Both the position numbers and the translations under genes were made by a program. This document shows positions 27,444-36,747 of a stretch of DNA of 64,000 nt, piece after piece. The DNA lies in the NCBI GenBank assembly GCA_041645325.1, contig JBAZQI010000001.1, positions 8,945 through 72,944 of the forward strand, written 5' to 3'. This DNA is from an archaeon. Lineage in GTDB: Archaea; Iainarchaeota; Iainarchaeia; Iainarchaeales; GCA-2688035. The notes beneath the pieces are model-generated. The model searched no databases. It was given only the letters and a program-made list of their open reading frames with translations, and was not told where the DNA came from. How positions within the stretch are numbered: the stretch's first letter is position 1; each line of letters begins with the position of its first letter.

Positions 27444-28697
27444 TTATGTGCCTTCTTGCCAGCTTGCAAGGTATTTTTTTTGCTCTTCGGTCAGTTCATC
27501 AATGGTTATGTCCATTGCCTTGAGCTTTAGCTGTGAAATTTCCTTGTCGACTTCCGGGGGCAAAAAGTGGACTTTTGGCCCGAGTTTTCCCTTGTTTTTT
27601 ACGCCGTATTCAAGCGCAAGGGCCTGCCCGCAAAAGCTGAGGTCCATTACTTCCGATGGATGCCCTTCTGCAGCCCCCAGGTTTACAAGCCTTCCTTCTG
27701 CGCAAAGATAAATTTTTCTGCCGTTTTTCAGGACGTATTCGTCGAGCTGCCATCTTATTCTTCTTTTTGATTTTGCCATTTTTTCGAGGCCTTTGACGTT
27801 TATTTCGCAGTCAAAGTGCCCGGAGTTTGCCATTATTGCCCCGTTTTTCATTTTTTCCATGTGCTGCGTGTCTATGACATGCTTGTCGCCTGTAACCGTA
27901 ATGAAAATGTCTCCCAAGGGCGCTGCTTCTGCAATCGGCATTACATTGTGGCCGTCCTGCCTTGCCTGAAGCGCCCTCACTGGGTTCACTTCGCAGACTG
28001 TTACTTTGGCGCCAAGGCCTTTTGCCCTGAGGGAAACCCCTTTTCCGCAGTCGCCGTATCCCGAAACCACGACGTTTTTTCCGGAAAAAAGCACGTTTGT
28101 TGCGCGCATTATGCCGTCAAGAGTGCTTTGGCCTGTTCCATAATAATTGTCAAACAAATGCTTTGTCAAATTGTCATTCACCGCAATAATCGGGTATTTC
28201 AATGCCTTGTCTTTTTCCATTGCCTTGAGCCTTATCACGCCTGTTGTTGTTTCCTCTGTTCCCACTATAAGATTTTTTATCATTTCAGGCCTTTTGCTGT
28301 GAATCTCTGAGATTAGGTCGCAGCCGTCGTCAACTGTTGCATTTGGCTTGAAGTCCAGGACCTTGTTCAAAAACCTGTAATAGTCCTCTGTTGTTTCGCC
28401 CTTGTATGCGAAAACATTAACGCCGTCTTTTGCAAGCGCAGCCGCAACATCGTCCTGTGTGCTCAGCGGATTGCAGCCTGTTATTGCCACTTCCGCGCCG
28501 CCTGCAATCAGCGTTTTTACGAGGTTTGCGGTTTCTTTTGTCACATGCAGCGCCATTCCGACGCGCAGGCCTTTCAGGGGCTTTTCTTTTTCAAAGCGTT
28601 TTCTTATTTCCCTGAGGGCAGGCATGTTCTGCTCTGCATATTCAATGTTCATTTCGCCTTGTTTTGCAAGGCTTTCGTCCTTTACTTCAAATGCCAA
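27444..28697 (-). CDS. ahcY: S-adenosyl-L-homocysteine hydrolase
   Basis: NAD-binding GYGDCGKG plus typical SAHH blocks (HMTIQTAVLIETL-like ...TTTGV...). Confidence 0.9.
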   Translation of the reverse strand: MAFEVKDESLAKQGEMNIEYAEQNMPALREIRKRFEKEKPLKGLRVGMALHVTKETANLVKTLIAGGAEVAITGCNPLSTQDDVAAALAKDGVNVFAYKGETTEDYYRFLNKVLDFKPNATVDDGCDLISEIHSKRPEMIKNLIVGTEETTTGVIRLKAMEKDKALKYPIIAVNDNLTKHLFDNYYGTGQSTLDGIMRATNVLFSGKNVVVSGYGDCGKGVSLRAKGLGAKVTVCEVNPVRALQARQDGHNVMPIAEAAPLGDIFITVTGDKHVIDTQHMEKMKNGAIMANSGHFDCEINVKGLEKMAKSKRRIRWQLDEYVLKNGRKIYLCAEGRLVNLGAAEGHPSEVMDLSFCGQALALEYGVKNKGKLGPKVHFLPPEVDKEISQLKLKAMDITIDELTEEQKKYLASWQEGT

Positions 28698-28778
28698 AAA
28701 ACCCTCTCCTGGAATGTTCTCTTTTTAAAATTTAGAGCCAGCAAACTCTTTTAAAGCAAAGCAGGAAACAGTTCTTTA

Positions 28779-29177
28779 ATGGCCGGGAAGAAAAAGCGCT
28801 CTGCGAATGGGTTGCGCATAATCCCATTCCCTTTTGGGAAATCAGTATTGAAGCTGCCTGAAAGCAGAGCGCGGTATGATACGTTGGCTGCTTGTGGGAA
28901 AGGCATTGTGGCTTTGGAAAAGAGAATATTTGAGGCAAAGAGCATTCTTGATAGGACCAAACTTCAGATAAAATTGCACGGCAAGAAAATTGAATGGAAT
29001 TCGGATGCCATTGCTTTTTTCAGGAGAATTCTCAAAGAGCCTGTGATAAGGCAGGCTGGGAAAACCAGAGCGAGGATTGCAGCGCGCATCAGGGATTTGA
29101 GGAAAGCGATTGAGGAAGAGCGCGCTGAGATGGCTGCTTTGGAGAGAAGGCTGTCTTTGTTGAAGAAAAATCTCTGA
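28779..29177 (+). CDS. hypothetical basic coiled-coil protein
   Basis: 132-aa ORF filling an otherwise empty 500-bp gap. Confidence 0.3.
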   Translation: MAGKKKRSANGLRIIPFPFGKSVLKLPESRARYDTLAACGKGIVALEKRIFEAKSILDRTKLQIKLHGKKIEWNSDAIAFFRRILKEPVIRQAGKTRARIAARIRDLRKAIEEERAEMAALERRLSLLKKNL

Positions 29178-29213
29178 TTAGCTGCCTTGCTATTTTCTTT
29201 TTGGCTCTTTGAA

Positions 29214-30119
29214 TCAGAATCTTACCATGTCCTTGAATTCATTGAACCTTTCATTGATTTCTTTTTTTGTCAGGGTTTTGAGCCTTTCCATGCCCATGCC
29301 TTCCGCGTTGAATGATGCCACGGTTGAGCCGTAGATTATGGCTTTTCTCATCAGGTCCTCGTTTACTTTTCCCTGGCTTGCAAGGAATCCCATGAGTGCC
29401 CCTGCAAAGCAGTCGCCGCAGCCTGTGGGGTCAACAACGTCTTCCAGAGGATATGCCGGTGCAACAAAGCTTCCTTGTTCCGTTGTAAGCAGTGCGCCGT
29501 GCTCCCCTTTCTTGATTATTGCAAGCTTTGAGTCAAGCTTGAGTATTTCTTTTGCCGCCTTCACAAGGCTCGGCGTGTTAAAAAGCATTCTTGCTTCGCC
29601 GTCGTTCATCAGGCAGATGTCAGCTTTTTTTACAACTTCAAGGACTTTGTCCCTCTTGTGTTCAATGTAGTAATTCATGGTGTCAGCTATTACAAGTGTC
29701 GGCCTTTTTTCCATTTGGCCAAGCACAGAGAGCTGGTCTTCCGGGTCGTTGTTGGCCAAAAGGAGGAACCCGGCTTTCCTGTAAGCTTCCGGAAGCCTTG
29801 GCTTGAAGTCTTTCAAAACATTGAATTGCACGTCAAGGGTTTTTGCAACATTTATGTCCATGCCGTATTCGCCTTTCCAGTAAAATGTCTTTCCGGGCAG
29901 GAGTTCAAGGCCTGCAAGGTCAATTCCTTTTTTTTTCAGAAAATCCATTTCTTCCGTTGGAAAGTCAGAGCCGACCGCGCTTACAATGCCGGGCTTTGCG
30001 AAGAACGAGGCGGCAACGCTTGCATATGTTCCAGAGCCGCCAAGCGTTTTTTCGGCTGAGCCAAAAGGCGTTTTTATTGAGTCAAGTGCGACGCTTCCGA
30101 AAACAACAAGGTCAACCAT
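29214..30119 (-). CDS. PfkB-family carbohydrate/nucleoside kinase (ribokinase-like)
   Basis: DTxGAGD-like motif DPTGCGDCFAGALMGFL and N-terminal GG motif. Confidence 0.8.
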   Translation of the reverse strand: MVDLVVFGSVALDSIKTPFGSAEKTLGGSGTYASVAASFFAKPGIVSAVGSDFPTEEMDFLKKKGIDLAGLELLPGKTFYWKGEYGMDINVAKTLDVQFNVLKDFKPRLPEAYRKAGFLLLANNDPEDQLSVLGQMEKRPTLVIADTMNYYIEHKRDKVLEVVKKADICLMNDGEARMLFNTPSLVKAAKEILKLDSKLAIIKKGEHGALLTTEQGSFVAPAYPLEDVVDPTGCGDCFAGALMGFLASQGKVNEDLMRKAIIYGSTVASFNAEGMGMERLKTLTKKEINERFNEFKDMVRF

Positions 30120-30776
30120 TTATTCAATCCCCCTGAGCGTTTTTTTCACATTCTTCATGTTTTCTTCAATCTCGCCGTTTGCGTCAATGACTTTCAAAAG
30201 CCCCTTTTCCCTGTAGTATTTCACGAGTGGCGCGGTTTTTTCCCTGTAGGTTTCAAGCCTTTTTTTAACGGTTTCAGGCTTGTCGTCATCCCTCTGCACC
30301 AAAGAAGAACCGCAGGCATCGCATTTTCCAGCAACCTTTGGCGGAATGTTTTTCACATGGTAGATTTTTCCGCACTTGCCGCAGCTTCTTCTCCCCGAAA
30401 GCCTTTCAATGATTGTTTTGTCGCTTGCCTCAACATCAAAAGCCGCGCTTAGCTTCAGGCCGAGCTTTTCAAGTATCCCCTCAAGCATTTCCGCCTGTGC
30501 GCTTGTCCTTGGAAAGCCGTCAAGTATAAAACCCTTTTTTTTGCCAAGCGCCCTGAGCTTGTTTTCAACAAGCTGCGCGACAAGGCAGTCATCGGCATAC
30601 TGACCTGAGGCCATTATTGCCTTCAGTTTGTTGCCCAGCTCAGTGCCGCTTGCAGCCTCTTCCCTCAGCAAATCGCCTGTGCTGATTTGTGTCAATCCAT
30701 GGGATTCGCAAAGCCTTTGCGCTATCGTGCCCTTTCCTGCTCCAGGCGGCCCCAAAAAAACAAGTCTCAAAACCAT
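30120..30776 (-). CDS. adk: adenylate kinase (zinc-lid type)
   Basis: GPPGAGKGT P-loop. Zinc lid CGKCG...CDACG. Confidence 0.9.
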   Translation of the reverse strand: MVLRLVFLGPPGAGKGTIAQRLCESHGLTQISTGDLLREEAASGTELGNKLKAIMASGQYADDCLVAQLVENKLRALGKKKGFILDGFPRTSAQAEMLEGILEKLGLKLSAAFDVEASDKTIIERLSGRRSCGKCGKIYHVKNIPPKVAGKCDACGSSLVQRDDDKPETVKKRLETYREKTAPLVKYYREKGLLKVIDANGEIEENMKNVKKTLRGIE

Positions 30777-30825
30777 TCAATCGCCAAAATAGTTTCCTGA
30801 CAAAGAATTGTAGTAATGCTATTTT

Positions 30826-30942
30826 AAGCCTTTTTGCTTCGGCAAACCTTAGAGATGCTTTGGCATCTCTTACGGTTTCTGAACCTTACAGGTTCAGAAA
30901 AAGCCTTGGGAAAAAAACGCGCCTGTTGGCGCTAAGGCTTTT
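30826..30942 (+). repeat. full-length copy (~115 bp) of AAGCCTTGGGAAAA hairpin-module element
   Basis: aagcctttttgcttcggc-aaaccttagagatgctttggcatctcttacgg-tttctgaaccttacaggttcagaaa-aagccttgggaaaaaaacgcgcctgttggcgctaaggcttttt. About 88% identical to the reverse complement of 36455-36576. Confidence 0.75.
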
Positions 30943-31864
30943 TCTTCGCCCAAAAGTCAATTACCATCTGCTGGATTTTTGGGGAAAAGCTCCTTACCTT
31001 TTCCGCCCTCAAAACCTTTGTTTCAAAGCCAAGTTCTTGCGCCGCCCCTTCAATTTCCGCAATCGCCTGCTCCGCTCCCCTGTCCCTTTCCACGAACCTG
31101 TAAAAGTGCACAATTCCCCCTTCAGGCTTCAGCGCCATCAGCGCCTCCTGCAGGAAATTTTCCCCGCCTTTTGGCAAGGGCATAACAACGCGGTCGCATT
31201 TTCCAGCAAGCCTTTCAGGAACAATTTTTTTCACATCCCCAAAAATCGGCTCTATTTTGCCCTGGCACTTGTTCAGCAAAATGTTATGTAGCATTTCCCT
31301 GTGGGCTTCCGGGTTGAGCTCTATGGCATAAGCCTTTTTCATTCCCGAAAGCCTGGCAAAAACTATTGGAAATGGCCCAACACCGGCAAAAAATGCGCCG
31401 ATTTCCTCGTTTTCTTTTATCAGCCCCGCAATCCTTTGCCTTTCCGTGCTTAATCTCGGGCTGAAGAAAACCCTGCCCAAGTGCACCTCAAACCTGCAGC
31501 CGCTTTCCTTGTATGCCGCAACCTTTGACTTTTTTCCGGCAACAACCTTTACAGGCTGAACCCTGTACTTTCCCTTGTGCTCCCCTGAAATCATGCACAC
31601 TGTTTCAAAATGCCTGTTCATGGAAAGCAATGCCTCGCCAATGACCTTTGCCTTTTTTTCAAGCCCTTTTGGCACCTGTATTACCGCAATGTTCCCTACT
31701 GAGTCAAAGCTGGCAATAAGCTTTTCCATTTCCTTTTTGGAAAGCTTTCCCTTCAGGGCCTCCTTGAGGTTGCGCGGCTGCCTTTCATCCCGCCCGTAAT
31801 GCGATTTTTTTCCCACGGCCTTTTTTGCCTGGTGTTTTGAAGCCGGCTTTTTTTCCTTGCTCAT
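30932..31864 (-). CDS. Trm5/TYW2-family SAM-dependent tRNA methyltransferase
   Basis: Met-10+ domain, FFAGVGPFPIVFA SAM motif and a lysine-rich N-terminus. Confidence 0.7.
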   Translation of the reverse strand: MSKEKKPASKHQAKKAVGKKSHYGRDERQPRNLKEALKGKLSKKEMEKLIASFDSVGNIAVIQVPKGLEKKAKVIGEALLSMNRHFETVCMISGEHKGKYRVQPVKVVAGKKSKVAAYKESGCRFEVHLGRVFFSPRLSTERQRIAGLIKENEEIGAFFAGVGPFPIVFARLSGMKKAYAIELNPEAHREMLHNILLNKCQGKIEPIFGDVKKIVPERLAGKCDRVVMPLPKGGENFLQEALMALKPEGGIVHFYRFVERDRGAEQAIAEIEGAAQELGFETKVLRAEKVRSFSPKIQQMVIDFWAKKKP

Positions 31865-31906
31865 GATACCAATATAAAAGAATTAACTTGTTAAAAATTC
31901 CTTTGG

Positions 31907-32740
31907 ATGGACCTCTCGGCTATTTTGTACGATTTTTTTGGCAGCAGGATTGCCGGCCACGGCCTGTACAGCCCTGTTGAATACCTTGTCTACGGCGCAA
32001 TAATGCTTGCGCTCCTTTTCTTCATAATTTTCCCGCTGCTTGACAGGAGGGGCGTAAAATTCAGCGAAAAATTTGCGCTTGCCCTATTGCCCTACGTTCT
32101 CCTCGGTTCTGCCCTGCGAGTGCTCGAAGATATGTCTTTCCTGCCGCGCAGCTGGAATCCCCTGGAGGCAGGCTACTATTTTGTAACGCCTGGCATTTAC
32201 CTTTTCATTGCCATTGTGGCAATTGCCGCGCTTTTGGTTTCGCTTTTTGCCTCAAAAAAATTCAGGGTTTCTTTTTACAAAATTTTTGCTGCCATTGGCC
32301 TTGTGCCGGCCATTCCCCTGCTGTTTTTTGAAATGCTGAACTTCAGGGCATGGCTCGGAGTTCTTGAAGTATTGCTGTTCGCATTCGCAACAGTTGCCTT
32401 GCTTGTCTTTGCTTTCAAAAAGCTGAAAAAGCAAATCCTTGAAAGCGGCCTGAACCGGCTGGGTGTCGCTTCGCAGGCCCTTGACGGATTTGCAACCCTT
32501 GTCGCAACGCAGTTTTTTTTCTGCGGCGAGCAGCATCCCCTGTCCGGTTTTTTGCTGGACTTTTTTCCCCTAAGCTTTGTCATTGCAAAGCTCGGCCTTG
32601 TGCTCCTGATTTTGTATTACGTGGACAGGGAGATAAAGAATGAAAACTTGCGCGGCTTCATAAAGCTTGTGATAATAGTGCTTGGCTTTGCCACAGGCCT
32701 GCGCGATTTGTTAACCTTGGGTGTGGGCACCTGCCTTTGA
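31907..32740 (+). CDS. polytopic membrane protein (archaeal DUF63-like)
   Basis: 277 aa with 6-7 TM segments. Confidence 0.5.
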   Translation: MDLSAILYDFFGSRIAGHGLYSPVEYLVYGAIMLALLFFIIFPLLDRRGVKFSEKFALALLPYVLLGSALRVLEDMSFLPRSWNPLEAGYYFVTPGIYLFIAIVAIAALLVSLFASKKFRVSFYKIFAAIGLVPAIPLLFFEMLNFRAWLGVLEVLLFAFATVALLVFAFKKLKKQILESGLNRLGVASQALDGFATLVATQFFFCGEQHPLSGFLLDFFPLSFVIAKLGLVLLILYYVDREIKNENLRGFIKLVIIVLGFATGLRDLLTLGVGTCL

Positions 32741-32789
32741 ATTGCAAACAGCATTGCCTTGTGGCATATAAAGTTTATACATTGCCACT

Positions 32790-32965
32790 TTTGCGAAGCA
32801 TTTTTCCCAAGGCTTCCGAGTACCCTGCGGGGTACGAGGCAAGAAAAGCTGTTGCTTTTCTATGTTTTGCTGTTGCAAAAAAGGCTTTGCGCGAAGCGCA
32901 TTTTTCCCAAGGCTTTTTTGCTGTTGCAAAAAAGGCTTTTTGATGAAACTTTTTTTCAAAAGTTT
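32790..32965. repeat. inverted-orientation copies of TTTTCCCAAGGCTT repeat with hairpins
   Basis: gcatttttcccaaggcttccgagtaccctgcggggtacgagg ... gcgcgaagcgcatttttcccaaggcttttttgctgttgcaaaaaaggc. Confidence 0.6.
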
Positions 32966-32983
32966 CTTGAAGAATAAGGGCTG

Positions 32984-34654
32984 TTATCCCCTCAGTGCCC
33001 GCATTACCGCAAGCAGGCCTATTATCATTGCCGCCAAAAATCCGGCTGCGCCTATGTCAGCCGTGTTTCCCATTGCGGTTTGGATGTTTGTGAACAGCAT
33101 TATTCCGGAACCAAGGATGAGCGCCGACACTATGAGGCTTATGCTTATGGTGTTGCTGCTTTTTTTGAGGCTCCTGCTCAGCTCGTCAATGTTTTTGGCT
33201 TCTATCGAAACCTTGAGGTCGTCTTCCTCAAGCTTTTTGAATATTTTTAACATGCTTTCCGGAAGCCTTTTTATGAGCCTGTCGAATTCAAAGTAGTTGT
33301 CCCTGAAGGCCCTGATTAGATAACCCGGCTTGGTTTTTTCTTCCATTATTTTTTGGATATATGGCGTTGCCTTTTCAACGAGGTTGAAGTTCGGATCAAG
33401 CGTTTCCACCGTGTTCTGGGCAACGCTTATGCTTCTCAGGAAAAGAAGGTATTCCTGCGGAACCCTTGCCTTGTGCTTTACCATTGCCCTTATCAAGGCG
33501 TTTCCAAACCCTTCAAAGTCTATTTTTTCGTAGCCTATGTCGTAAAAATAGTCCATTATGTCCGCGAGGTCCAGCATGAATTTTTGCTCGTCGTCAAGGC
33601 TGTCAATGACACCCATTGCCTGCAACTGCCTTGTCAGGCCCTTTACGTTTCTTTCAACTATCAGCACAATCATTGCCGCAACGTTGTTTATTGATTCCTC
33701 GTTCAGCCTGCCTATCATGCCGAAATCAACAAGGCTCAGTATCGGCTTGTTTTTGCGGATGTGCACAAAAACGTTTCCGGGGTGAGGATCTGCCTGGAAA
33801 AAGCCGTAGACAAGCATCTGCCTGAAAAAGCAGTCCGTGTAAAGGCTTGCAATCTCTTTTTTGAGCTGGCTTTTCTTGCTGTGAAAAAACTTGCTTATTT
33901 TCCTGCCCTGCACCCTTTCAAGCGTCAAAACCTTCGCTGTGCTGTAATCCCTGTAAACCTTTGGAATCACAATGTTTGCATCATTCCTGAAGTTCATTCC
34001 AAAGTGCTCGGCGTTGGTGGCTTCCCTCTTGTAGTCAAGCTCTTTCATTATTGTTTCGCCGAATTCCTTGGCTATGTTTGTCGGATTGTAGTAGTGCGTT
34101 TCCGTGATGTTTTTCTCGACAAGCTCTGCAATGAACTTCATTATGCGGAGGTCTTCCCCGATAATGCGCGTTATGTTGGGCCTCTGCACTTTGACCGCAA
34201 CACGCCTTCCGTTGTGCATGGTTGCAAGGTGCACCTGGCCTATTGATGCCGCGGCAACCGGCGTTTTTTCAAAGTGCTTGAATAGCGTGTCAACCGATTT
34301 GCCGAGCTCTTCCTTTATGATTTTCTCGGTCTCCTCAAAAGGAAAAGGCGGTACGTTGTCCTGAAGCTTTTTCATCTCTTCAATGTACTCTTCTTTCACA
34401 AGGTCCGGCCTTGTGCTCAGCATCTGCCCGAATTTTATGAACGTGGGGCCGAGCTCTTCAAAGATTTTGCGCAGTTTCACAGGCCCAGGGATTTCTTCCT
34501 TGCATTCCTCGCTTCCCTCAAGGCATTTCAGGAAGGGGTACTTTCCCTTCATCTGCGTTACTTCCCTCGAGGTCTCCCATCCATACTTGAGGAAAACCCT
34601 CATTATTTCAAGGAATCTCTTAATGTCCCCCGGCGTCTCAAGAAAGCTGAGCAT
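32984..34654 (-). CDS. ABC1/UbiB-family atypical kinase
   Basis: AAASIGQVH, VAVKVQRP and HADPHPGN motifs. Two C-terminal TM helices. Confidence 0.85.
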   Translation of the reverse strand: MLSFLETPGDIKRFLEIMRVFLKYGWETSREVTQMKGKYPFLKCLEGSEECKEEIPGPVKLRKIFEELGPTFIKFGQMLSTRPDLVKEEYIEEMKKLQDNVPPFPFEETEKIIKEELGKSVDTLFKHFEKTPVAAASIGQVHLATMHNGRRVAVKVQRPNITRIIGEDLRIMKFIAELVEKNITETHYYNPTNIAKEFGETIMKELDYKREATNAEHFGMNFRNDANIVIPKVYRDYSTAKVLTLERVQGRKISKFFHSKKSQLKKEIASLYTDCFFRQMLVYGFFQADPHPGNVFVHIRKNKPILSLVDFGMIGRLNEESINNVAAMIVLIVERNVKGLTRQLQAMGVIDSLDDEQKFMLDLADIMDYFYDIGYEKIDFEGFGNALIRAMVKHKARVPQEYLLFLRSISVAQNTVETLDPNFNLVEKATPYIQKIMEEKTKPGYLIRAFRDNYFEFDRLIKRLPESMLKIFKKLEEDDLKVSIEAKNIDELSRSLKKSSNTISISLIVSALILGSGIMLFTNIQTAMGNTADIGAAGFLAAMIIGLLAVMRALRG

Positions 34655-34693
34655 TCAATTCCCCTTTCAAATCTGCTTTTTCAGTTTCCTTTA

Positions 34694-34930
34694 TCATTTA
34701 GCCCTGTGAAGTTTATCAACTTCTGCAGGCGTCAATTCTGACAATATTGGTATTAGACTAAGACTGACATTTTTGTCACGAATCAACTCGTTGAGTCTTT
34801 TTGGACCCCCTTCTGTTGCAAGAATTCTTCTGAATTCTTCCAGATCCATCCTTTTGCTTGGTGTTGTTATGAGTGGGCTCGTTTGTCTTTTTCCTCGACC
34901 ATAACTACGAATTCTTTTAACTATTCCCAT
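34694..34930 (-). CDS. hypothetical small protein
   Basis: 78-aa ORF abutting the upstream gene. Confidence 0.3.
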   Translation of the reverse strand: MGIVKRIRSYGRGKRQTSPLITTPSKRMDLEEFRRILATEGGPKRLNELIRDKNVSLSLIPILSELTPAEVDKLHRAK

Positions 34931-35283
34931 TAAGATCTCTCCCTTTTAGATTTTTTCTTTTTGCCGGACTTTTCAGCTTTTCTTTTCTTATTTTCAAGGA
35001 TCGTGATCTGCCTTGAAAGGTTCTGAATAACGCGGTTCATTTCCGCAAGGTCATTGCTGCTGTAAAGCCTTGTCTTCAAAGCCTTTTTTTTCATCCTCTT
35101 GCGCATTGTTTCAAGCTGCCTTTGCTGTTCCGCAAGCCAGGCGTAAACCATTTTTTCGCCTTCGTTCGAGCTCAGCTTTTTTGATTTCTCAAGCCTTTTC
35201 ACGGCCTTGTTGAAATTGTCCCCGCTTATTTTAACGAGCCCCAGGGCAAAATTCATCCCGTCCCTTATAACATCTTTCGGCAT
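34930..35283 (-). CDS. coiled-coil protein (phasin-like?)
   Basis: ATG 35283 sits 9 nt after GGAGGT. Sequence MPKDVIRDGMNFALGLVKISGDNFNKAVKRLEK... with a lysine-rich tail. Confidence 0.45.
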   Translation of the reverse strand: MPKDVIRDGMNFALGLVKISGDNFNKAVKRLEKSKKLSSNEGEKMVYAWLAEQQRQLETMRKRMKKKALKTRLYSSNDLAEMNRVIQNLSRQITILENKKRKAEKSGKKKKSKRERS

Positions 35284-35557
35284 AAAAAAACCTCCGGTAA
35301 CGTTTGATTGGTTATTAAATGGAATTCGCACTTAATAAAACTAACTATTTGCTGAGCGGTAAAGTAAACGTCGCCTAGCATATACAATTATTACGAAGTA
35401 GAGCTGGCGGGCATTTCAGAGCTGAGAAAAATATGGGTCGAGAGCCTGCAAAGCCCGAGCCGTTAAATCGCTGTTATGCAAAATTGAGCGATAGCGAGAA
35501 GTGCAACGTCCACGAGAAATGCGAAGCATTTCGAAGGCGTATAATGCAGGGGCAAAA

Positions 35558-35890
35558 TTACTTATTCTTATTAATCAATTCTATTAACGCTTTTCTTTTC
35601 CAAACTACTAATTTATATTCTTGGCCAGAAACCAATTTTATAAGAATTCCATTTGGAACTATTCCCAGAGTATTTCTTGGTTTTACTTCTTGTATTTGGT
35701 TTAATGGAACCTCTAACGTTTGTTTCTGAATATTGATTGCATGGGGCTCAAAAATAAGTCGCTGATTTGTAATTTTCAATCTGCCGCCAACAGCTTCTAT
35801 TCCTCTGAACAAATTTGCAGCCCTATCAACAAGAATTTGTTCATTTTTCTTTGGTTCGAATGTCATAGTATATTTTGCCCCTACCGGCAA
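35558..35890 (-). CDS. bacterial-PH/GRAM-like domain protein
   Basis: ITNQRLIFEP... segment typical of bPH_2/GRAM folds. Confidence 0.4.
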   Translation of the reverse strand: MPVGAKYTMTFEPKKNEQILVDRAANLFRGIEAVGGRLKITNQRLIFEPHAINIQKQTLEVPLNQIQEVKPRNTLGIVPNGILIKLVSGQEYKLVVWKRKALIELINKNK

Positions 35891-35901
35891 AGCCGGAAAA
35901 A

Positions 35902-36303
35902 TCAGCTTCCTTTTTTCCTGACTACCTTTACCTGGTCGCCCCAGCGCACGTACTCCACCTCAACGCCTGAGGCAAGGCCCTGGATGTCAGCCGGCTTTTT
36001 GACGTCAAAGGTCTCATAGGAGGTCAAATCCATTATCTGCGCAATGTCGCCCATTACGGCAACGACCTGTGCACTACCCTTGACCATTATCGGAACCTCG
36101 GCATCCATGCCGGTTGACTTCAAAAGGCCGCGTTTGTTTCCCAAAAAAACGTCTATGGCCACGATCCTTGCCTTTGCAGAACCGTGCTTTCCCGGCTTTG
36201 ACTTGTCGGCTGTCTTGACCTGGCAGACAAAACCGTCAATAAGAACATAGCTGCCTGGTTTCAGGCTTCCTATATTGGTAAACTTCTTTTCCCCTTCAGT
36301 CAA
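35902..36303 (-). CDS. eif5a: translation initiation factor 5A (aIF5A)
   Basis: Hypusine loop TGKHGSAKA and SH3-like plus OB domains. Confidence 0.9.
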   Translation of the reverse strand: MTEGEKKFTNIGSLKPGSYVLIDGFVCQVKTADKSKPGKHGSAKARIVAIDVFLGNKRGLLKSTGMDAEVPIMVKGSAQVVAVMGDIAQIMDLTSYETFDVKKPADIQGLASGVEVEYVRWGDQVKVVRKKGS

Positions 36304-36353
36304 AAAAACACCTTGAATACATTAGCCAGCTTCACTTTAAATATCTTTTCGCT

Positions 36354-36434
36354 AGCCGCCACAGCCGGCTGGTCTGAGTGCCATCTTCGCGCCTTTGTGG
36401 CGCTCGATGCCACAGGCTCGTTGTTGCTCGCCAA
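36354..36434 (+). repeat. family-2 repeat copy A (AGCCGCCACAGCCGGCTGGT ... GGCTCGTTGTTGCTCGCCAA)
   Basis: Conserved 5' and 3' ends shared with copies at 39356, 39755 and 53277. The central hairpin is gcgcc-tttgt-ggcgc. Confidence 0.6.
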
Positions 36435-36454
36435 TTAGCCGTTACGCTTGAAAG

Positions 36455-36576
36455 CCGGGCTTTGCGCCATCAGGCGCATTTTTCCCAAGGCTTTTTCTGA
36501 ACCGGTAAGGTTCAGAAACCGTAAGAGATGCCAAAGCATCTCTAAGGTTTTCCGCAGAAAAAAGGCTTTGCGCCCT
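36455..36576 (-). repeat. full-length copy of AAGCCTTGGGAAAA element (reverse orientation)
   Basis: Reverse complement aligns module by module with 30826-30942, including the agagatgc/gcatctct and tctgaacc/ggttcaga hairpins. Confidence 0.75.
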
Positions 36577-36747
36577 TGCAACCTGTTTTGCAGTCTGCCC
36601 TTTTTTGGCTGCTTTTTTGCCGGTTCCTGCCTTTTGCCCGGCTGCAATGCTTTTAAGAAACCTTTTTGTTATTTATTTGATTATTCAATTATATATTCCT
36701 TGTTGGTGTTTCCCTTGGTTTTGGATGATGTAAAGAAAAGGTTTGAC

